Positions 50,896 to 58,880 of a stretch of DNA of 58,880 bases are shown piece by piece. A program made the translations under genes and the position numbers. Positions within the stretch are counted from its first letter, which is position 1; each line of letters starts with the position of its first letter. Origin of the DNA: Atractiella rhizophila (Eukaryota); the NCBI GenBank assembly GCA_021432655.1, contig MU271472.1, positions 1 to 58,880 of the forward strand, read 5' to 3'. The notes under the pieces were generated by a model. That model was not told the DNA's origin, ran no database searches, and saw only the letters and a program-made list of their open reading frames with translations.

Positions 50896-51696
50896 TCATG
50901 AAACAACTTCAAGGCTCAAAGTAGAAGAAGATGAAGAAATTCGACGCACCAGTGCTCGCTGTTCCACCTGAACGATGAGGGTACATTCATTCCAAGTTTT
51001 GGGCAAGACGGTCTCGCAGGCTCGAAGCTGCTTCAGCCTGCTTGTGGCAATCGGGAGACCACTCAGGTTTGTTGGACAGACTTGACTTGGTCGCGTGCTC
51101 TGAAGAAGCTCCATGTGCAGGCCAGGCGCTTTTTCGATCTGAGAGGAGGAGGCCGACCCAAGATAGGTACTACAACGAGAGATTTTATCCACACGTCCCC
51201 ACTGTAGAGGGGAACAAGGTCTAAACCACCGTGTATAAAAACTTGGAGCAGTGTCACAATTGAGAAAGCTCACATAAGATGTGCACGTGTATTTTGTCGC
51301 TGAATAGCAGCATCTTTGAAGTCTGAAGGTTTTGTGGCTGACTTTCGAGAAGCGGGGCGTCTGTTTCCCTCTTCTTGTTTGTCAAGCCTTCGGATATCAT
51401 GCAGCAGTTGGTGCGAAGAAGTGTAGTCTGTCCGCCTGTCCAAAGCCTCAATCCGCCATCTGCATCAGATGTCGTGAGAAAGTAACCGCCTTTTCAAGTT
51501 ACAAGCCGTACCTTTTGGAGTTCTTGATCTTCAGTCCACTGCGATATGAGAAAACGCAGGATAGGTTGAACGTCTCGCAACGCTCGCAGTTCATATTGGA
51601 AGATGGCCTTCGCTGGCATTTTGCCCCACCGCTCTGACAAGATTCGCATTGCAGCTCCCAAAATCTCATTGCCATTACTTGAGGAAGCATCGTCAC
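50896..51696 (-). pseudogene. Short, probably degenerate Zn(II)2Cys6 transcription factor
   Basis: Complete cluster CESCQSGGAKCQRRPSSNMNCERCETFNLSC in ORF 51499-51696. Downstream frames are short and interrupted, and there is no room for a full middle domain before the CoA-transferase gene. Ends approximate. Confidence 0.55.
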
Positions 51697-52627
51697 TTGA
51701 CCATCTTAAGTAGAGACGCTGAACATGAAAAGTGGTATCGTCAGCAATATCCGCAGTGCAAGTAGGCCGCTTCTTCCATGCTTCCCTGAGCCTTCAGGCT
51801 GAGGCACATGTCAACGTCGCTTAGTTCTTCCCAACTCGTCGCGACCGCTTCCGACGGCCATTCAGAAGAATAATCAACTAATAAGAAAGCAGCAGTAGGT
51901 AAAGTGGGAGTCAGAGTCAGCGCCCTTGGCTTTCAGTGCTGACCGGCACTCGCCTGTCAACGCCTCTTCGCATCTACAGGCCAAAGAAAGTGCGGCTCCT
52001 CATTCTTCTGTAGGCTGTAGGGAGGTATCTGGAGTGCTGCAGAAGCAAGTCCAGTTGTTTACAGTGTAATGTCCCTGCAGCGAATGTTGCACGAGATAAC
52101 GTTGAAGAGAAAGATACTCACCCGATCTCACTCAAGAGCACCACAGCCTCCTCTTGAGAGGGGAAACAGTCTCAGTCAGCAATCATACAGTTTGAAATCC
52201 CCCTCCTTCTTCTTCCCTGAGTCTGAAGTAAACAGTAGAATTATCGAGCATCGTTTCGCGGCTTCAGGCTTAGCGAGCTGGGAGAATCGTGGGCCGCTCC
52301 GGTTTAGCGAGGAGCTTGGGGTGGTATGATGCTGAAGTGATCTGGGGAGACGAACGATTAGGAGCAATTGATTAATAAAGCTGGTTACCAGAAATCGAAC
52401 CTCGCAACCTATCGAGCTCGATGGAAGTGGTTGAATGTTGGTAGAGGTACTCTTTCTTCCTACTAGAAGTCCTGCAAACGTTTTGTTCAAGGGGCAGAAA
52501 ATTGACAGAATTACATGCCAGATACTATGACAGGATAAGACGGCGATGTAGTAAAACAACTTAAGAAAGACGAACTACACAACCTTTTCCGTCAATAACC
52601 GATTCTCATTCATGCGATGTTATACAT

Positions 52628-54319
52628 TCACGTCCTCACTAGTCTCTCCCAGACCATCAGTCGATCTTCTAACGCTCTCAGATTCTCCGGATCGAATATC
52701 TTTCTATCCTCCCCCGTTCCCATCTTCTTTTTCCAAATAATGGAATCGGCTTTACGGACGAATTGGAGTGCGTTTTCGAGAGAGGAAAGGTCATGCTTGT
52801 AGTCTGTCGAGAGGGTAGAGAGGAGGTGCTAATATTTCTTTAGAAAATATGCCTTAGCATAAACAGAAACTCACTTTGAGGACATTGAAGAAAGCCTCGT
52901 CATTGAATGGCAGGCGATTCTCGTTTGCTTGCTTTTCCACATGCTCCACCAGTCCATTCCCACTCCGACTGCTTATTTTGGTCTCTCCAGTCGCGGTCCT
53001 CCTCCTTTTGCCCTCCATTCCCTGCACCAATGTCTCTTTCAACTCTCCCACCTCTTTCTTCAACCGCTCTACTTCGTCCCTACTCCTTCTCAATTCCAGC
53101 TCCATCTCTAACCTTACTTTTTCTGCGTCTTCCTCCCTCGGCGGACTTTCCAAATTCTTCACTCTCTCTCTCCATCTAAACAATTCGCTCTCGACCTCCT
53201 CATCCACTTCTGTCGTCCTTTCCAACTCCCTTCTCAACTCCGACGTCTGTTCCATGGGCATCCGGACGTGAGATAGTAACTGCTCTCGACGCTGAACATA
53301 ATCGCGAGACGCATTAGCCGCCTGCTGAACTTGAATATCAGGTGTAAATCTCTCGCGAACCGCAGAAGGTGAACGACCACGACCGTTTCGGACAATACTC
53401 TCGAATTCACTCTGTACCTGATCTGCAAGTCGCGCAATTGAATCCTTCCCAGTCTCTCCCGTTGAACTGTCATTCCCAGAACCATTGCCATGGGGTAATC
53501 GAGACTCGAGACCCAATCTAGAGGAGGTATGAAACTTAGTTTTTGACCAGTCCTGCGGCGTTGGTGAATCGAGGATAGAGGAGAGGGTAGAAGAGCTAAC
53601 ATCCTCTCTTCGCCGTTGGGGTCGAATTGTGCGAGGGTTGGAGGCAGGAAGAACGCGTGAGGAGCCGTTAGAATCGTTCGAGTTTGAGACTGATGAAATC
53701 TGCTTCAACCTGTCGTACGCTTCAAGTGCGCGAGAAGGAGTTGGCGCGACAGCTCCCTTGCGGGAGCAGATGAGGGTGTTCTCTACCGTTTGTGACGGAT
53801 GTAACCCTAAGGGAGGCTCGGACCTGGAGGGTGACGGTAAAGGATCGGCCAGTAGACTCCCACCTGAGAAGGAAGGGAGGGAGGGGAGACCGGTAGCTGA
53901 GTGGTTGCGCCGAGAGAGGCTGACGCGTGACAGCAAGGGTGATGCTCCAAGACTCTCCTCGTCAAAGCGGAGCGGCGCTTTCCCCTTCCCCTTTCTTTGC
54001 CCATTGCCATTTGTATCACCATGTCCACTCACAGTCACGCTCCCATTCCGCCTGCCTTTTCTTTCCACAGGTGAATTCAAATGAACAGTCTCAGCATCCT
54101 CCTTATCCAAAAAGTCGATTAACGCGCTCAAATTCGTCAATCTCCCACTCAAAACACTCTTGCCTCCATAACTCGAACTGCTGGCTCCATTGTTTGTGTC
54201 TCATCCCCTGATCCTCGAGGATGATTTGTGGAAAATTCAGAATAATGCTCCAAATCACGGTAGGAGTCCGTGACATCTTGCGCCGGATCTTTTGAAAGCA
54301 ACTGCAGCGAGAGCTCCAT
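52628..54319 (-). CDS. Hypothetical protein: S/R/P-rich disordered region plus C-terminal coiled coil
   Basis: 432-aa exon (52854-54152) with E/R/K/L-rich heptad stretch (RLEMELELRRSRDEVERLKKEVGELKETL). Last exon ends LEDRLMVWERLVRT* at 52628. Start approximate. Confidence 0.7.
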
Positions 54320-54502
54320 CCTGTTCGTGTTCGTTGTTGCGCATCAAGATCACGTGGTAGCATTGCTTGGAAGTTGCCCTTTGCCCTTGTTATTACATAA
54401 TTCAAGAAATTTATCAAAATACACAATTACAATTAATGTGCTTGAATATGCACTATTATAAATCGAATACAAAGGATCCTTATTACATGTTAATGGAATA
54501 TT

Positions 54503-57500
54503 CTAAGCGGTTTTCAAAGGCCGCAGATCTTTCCCTAGAAGTCTGCAATACCTTCCCCCATCGCTCCCTCTCGGGCAGTCCTTCAATGGCCATCAGCCTT
54601 TGCGCCATCATAGCCAATGGAGGAAAGGGCTCACGTTCAATCCCCCGCAACGCCGGCATGGCACTGTTGGTTTCTTTGAACAGAGAGAAATGTCTGTTCC
54701 ACCATGAGAACACATTGTTACTTCAAAGTTTGTATCCCAAGAATACAAAAGAACAAGAGGATATAGAAATCGGCGTGACAGACCTTTGTGCCCCTTGCAG
54801 GTGGAAATTTTGCAGCGACGGCATGTTCGAGTCTTTCGCCTTCGTTTTGAGAGGCTACACAGGATTAGATGATCCTTATAATTCAGAGTTAAAATGACAT
54901 ACGACTCGCTCGCTCCTTCCTTTAGCTCCTCTTCAGTAGGAGAGGTGTCTATCATCAAAAGTCAACCACGTTTTGTTTAAAGTGGTCGTCCGAAAACGCA
55001 CCCGGACTACTGCCCTCCTTCTCATTCTCTTTTGCCCATTCATATATTGTCACTGGATCTGTTCCATATGTGCCGTGAAACTTAAATTTCTTCATCTGCG
55101 CCTTCTCGGATTCTATTCCTGTAAAGAGTTTGTAAACTGGAGCTGGAGCGTGCCTCGATTCATTCTCAGATTCGTCCAATGGCGGAAAAGAGGAATCCAC
55201 AGTGTTTTTGACTATGGAGAAGAGTTGGGACACCCATGAGACCTTTTGATCTGCATACCATCCCTTTATTATGCCCTCAGTCATCAGTTGGCAATGACAG
55301 GGTGAAGACGGACCACGGGGAGGAGAGCCTCCAAGATCCTAATTTTGATCAGCTGATGAATGCCAGTAGTGAACGCAAGAACGGGAAGGACGCACAAGCA
55401 AATCTGGGCTGATCGCCGCCTCTTCTCCTCCTCTTCTTCAGCCTCGGTCACGTACACCTTGAGATAGCGACTACCACGGGGTAACTTGGATAATGCCTTC
55501 CCAGCGCCAAACAGGATCCAAGTATGGCTGCTCGCCGTCTCTGATGGTTTCTCGAGCTGTTTGCGCAACCGAAATGTCAAAAATGTCCGTATCAAGTAAA
55601 GTGGAAATAGGACGTACCGTCGCCTTCAAAATAGTACACAAGCGATCCATTCCCACTTTCACTCTCCTCTTGCTCTCCTTCAAGACTGGTTCAAGGACTT
55701 CTGTTTCTGGAAAGGAGAGGGTGCGGAGATGTATCAATGAATGAAGCCAGAATATTGAGCAGACTATTTCGAGTTGCATGATATAAGCATTGAGGGAAAT
55801 AGTGGCCAGCAAGCGGTCTTGTATGTTAAAGAGGGATTGGAGGAAGGTGAGGTAGGATGGAAGATCTAGAGAGGCTGCTACATGGTCTTCTCATGACCAT
55901 TGACATGAGTAGGTAATGGAATGAGTAAAAGGAGCAAAAACGAACCGGCGAGGATCATCGTTCGACAAAGGATGCTCGGTAGCAAGGCTGTCAAGCGTAC
56001 AGCGTCAGCGGAAGAGGGATCAAGGTTTAGCGCTGCATCGATGGAAAGAATGAGGGGAGGTTGAATGGTGGTATGCTGGAAAATGTCATAGATATCTTGA
56101 TTTGTCCTATCCCACTTCTTGTGACTTCGCGCCTCTACCGACTCAACAATGAAGTGCTTACATGAGGGGAAGAAGATTGCTCTTCCATGCCAGAATTATG
56201 TCGGTTATCTTTTACACCATTTCCAATTAACACAATTTCTGGAAAAGGGGATGGACATACAAACAGCTCGTTGGATAGTATATGTATGCGTCCTGCAGCC
56301 TGTGCAAGTTCCTGCGGTGAGAGAGAGGCGATAAAGCTCTTGTAATTCTTTATGACAATGGCCAATAGATCCCGAAGGGAGAAAATGTCTTCTCTTGCAC
56401 CTGTTACGTCCAATACTGCTATCAGTCGGAGTGGTGATCCATAATGACAACCATCTCACAGTGATGTAAATCCTGTATAAGCGCCAAAAGACACACAATC
56501 CCGTTCAGACCGCTAACCGAGAGTGTGGTGAGAAACCTCTCATTCCTCTCCAACAGATGGACAACAGATTGGGTAAGGGCGGCGCAGAAGGGAGTGCGTG
56601 CAATTCCGAAACGACGCCTGCAAAGTCCCCGATCCCTCAGGCTGTAAAGAGAGATTTAGACGAGAACCCACAAATCTCCTTGGAGCAAGCGAGACCTATG
56701 AACCAAACCGTCATACGGCGACTGAGTAGTCTGTTCCCACAAATCAGCCTCATAAGCATCAATAACATTCAAGAAGAAACTCACGGGTGGATCGGCAGTT
56801 CGAGATCCCACAAGCGTGAATCCAGCCACGAAGCATTCGAAGAGGATGGAAAGTGGATCGGAGGAGGCAGAGGGGTCTTTTAGGTTTATGAATGCTGGAG
56901 AGAGGAAGGCGGCTTCTGTGAAGATTAGTTTCGCGAGGGGAGAGTAGTCGAGGCGGAGTGCATCTGTCATTGTCATCGCGGTTAAATCAATCCAAAAAAG
57001 GGTTAAATAAAAATATGTAATGTCAATCATAGGAAAAATAGTGGGAGACGGACCGCGAACAAGTAATCCCTTCAGATTTAACTTGACACTCTCTTCCCCC
57101 ACTCTAAGTTCGCTCCTTGAGACGTTAGTGTCCCAGTTCCCAAAAGCCACGATTGCTTCTTCAGTCCGCTCCTCCTCCCCCACTTCCTGGCCGAGTGTGT
57201 GTTCAGAGGAGAGTTGTTGTACCAGAGTCTCTTCTTCCAAGATAGACGCGCCTTCCATGGCCATCAAACTGTCCGAAAAGGCTCGCGAGAGTGCTTGGGT
57301 TTCCTCCAATTCTGACTGTGGAATCTCGTACACGCGATCCATGGATGAAGGTGCATACAGACCATCCAGCGTCGAGTTCCTGATCGCAGACTGAAAGCTA
57401 GGAGGAGAATGCCGAGAATTGAAAGGTAGAGCGCTGGATCCTAAGGTGGAGCGCAGTGTTAGGGGATATTGTGCGAGCAGGTCAGCTTCGGATTGATTGT

Positions 57501-57712
57501 AAAGATTTGGTGGAGCTAAAACTTGAGAAAATGTGCCTGAGAGTGCAGAGGTGCTCTGCTTGATTGAGGAACTTGAAGGGATTGGACTAACACCAATGAC
57601 GAGAGGATTTGTTAGCAACAAGTGCTGCTTTTCAGAAGGCATACCCTTCATAAGTACCAATACTCTGGCCACTACTCAGCTCAGCCAGCTGGTGGGGGGA
57701 AGGCGAATTCAT
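54503..57712 (-). CDS. Hypothetical transcription-factor-like helical protein, possibly frameshifted, with C-terminal tandem Cys4 motifs (could be two genes split at 55284)
   Basis: Multi-exon minus-strand ORFs (56656-57672, 56135-56413, 55471-55812, 55284-55595, 54955-55284) with GT-AG introns. The spliced tail reads RTCRRCKISTCKGHKVTMC...VPCRRCGGLNDCPRGSDGGRYC...KTA*. Confidence 0.5.
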
Positions 57713-58880
57713 CTTTATTTTTCTCCCACGTCGACGCCAGGCGTTAATAACACGACGTTAACGCCGACGCGTTGAACTGTGGATGACGAGGCATATTAAG
57801 TCACCGATACTCTTACTGGCGAAACGAAGTAACTGGTTACATAACTGGAAGTGGAAGCTCACTTCTTTCCTGCTCTCTCCTTTATTTATTACGGTGGCAC
57901 TCCCGCTGAAAGCCGAAAGACAATGCGGCAATACCACGGTTGGGCAGTGGGTTGATGTGCTCGATTCGCTCGATTCAATGCACATGATCATTCTTTGACT
58001 GAATTCCGGCTGTTCCAGGATGATCAGAATGGAGTGCGTGGAGCTGCTGACATCGCTGCCATTCTGAAGGCATTGCTGGATGGAGTTTTCCCTAGGGTCG
58101 GGACTTCAGACCTCGGTCAGTAGTTCGTGTGTTCACGTCACTCCTTTGATTTGTACTGCATGCTTAGTGGAGAGTTGCAGGGAATATACCATCATCAGGC
58201 TGCACCAGATGGCAGTGGTCCAGCAGGATCTAATTATGTTGGAAGGTACTCAAGCGAGGGAGAAATGTTGTACTTCAGGGGTAATGAGGAAGCAATGCTC
58301 GGGATCAACTGGAAGGTGTGCTGGTCAGGAAGTCGGGTGCATATTCCCCTTCCTAAAGTTTTGTCGCTCGGGGACAGCAAGCTCGTCAATGATATCTCTC
58401 TGCTGCTTGCAGATAAGAGGTGGCTGTGACATGGCGCCACAGCGTGATGCGTCATACCAACAGCTAGCTACATGACGAGCGGAAGTGTGACTGCAGACTT
58501 CTTGCTGGAGTCGAGGGAGTGAGGAAAATGAAGCCATTCAAATTGCTGCTGTGACAGGCGGCCCGCTCTTACCAAAGTTGAGACTTCATTTGGAGCTTCG
58601 TGATTTATTATTTTACTTGGTTTCAGAGAAAAAGTAATATGGTATCATGCTCCTTAATATGCCAATAGCACACTAGTTTCATCTAGTTGGTGCGAGCACC
58701 GCTTCAATCGGGTCTACTCCGCCTGTGACATGCCTGTCCTTCATTTCAATATTCCGATGGAAGAATGAATTGTTCCGACCAAGAAAGCAGCTGCCACACG
58801 CGAAGTAATGATGGCGCGCCCGGGTGGGGACGGACTCGAGGGTTCTTCTAGAGGTCTCTGCTTTGGTAGCGTAGACCAAC

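Noticed and set aside
54830..54870. Unspliced CX11CX2CX4CX2H pattern resembling a piggyBac Cys-rich or AN1 finger
   Set aside because: The first Cys falls in a probable 48-nt intron (GTATGT...CTAAT...TAG) and no transposase core is nearby.
57728..57772. GC-rich imperfect inverted repeat (GGCGTTAA...TTAACGCC)
   Set aside because: An 8-bp stem with no TSD and a single occurrence is insufficient to call an element.
58080..58879. Short ORFs at the right end of the window
   Set aside because: No recognisable motifs or consistent splice model. The last may be the 3' end of a gene outside the window but cannot be supported.
1..58880. CRISPR arrays, rRNA, tRNA or prokaryotic operon features
   Set aside because: The sequence is eukaryotic and intron-rich. 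No regularly spaced short repeats or tRNA/rRNA signatures were seen by eye.

Overview
Fungal genomic DNA, probably basidiomycete (inferred from dense ~45-60 nt GT-AG introns with CTRAY-type branch points). About 23 intron-rich genes or gene fragments: an ENA-type P2D Na+/K+ ATPase, three Gal80-like Gfo/Idh/MocA oxidoreductases, three RTA1-family 7-TM exporters, a tandemly duplicated Zn(II)2Cys6 transcription factor (first copy cut at a 34-nt poly(A) junction), a membrane-anchored germin/cupin, a duplicated GFA/CENP-V gene with a truncated TAF12 copy, full TAF12, an F-box-like gene, a CAP59/CMT1 mannosyltransferase, a DCAF7/TTG1-like WD40, a CorA-like transporter, an MFS transporter, TSPO, a family III CoA-transferase, a coiled-coil protein and two apparently degenerate transcription-factor-like loci. 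The left 39 kb is a duplication hotspot. Its most notable features are a mirror-image repeated divergent Gal80-like/RTA1 module next to a Gal4-type regulator, two recent tandem duplications, and a 94-bp TG...CA insertion with a 5-bp TSD whose empty site is visible in the sister copy. No tRNA, rRNA or CRISPR seen. Exon boundaries were read by eye and some gene ends are approximate.
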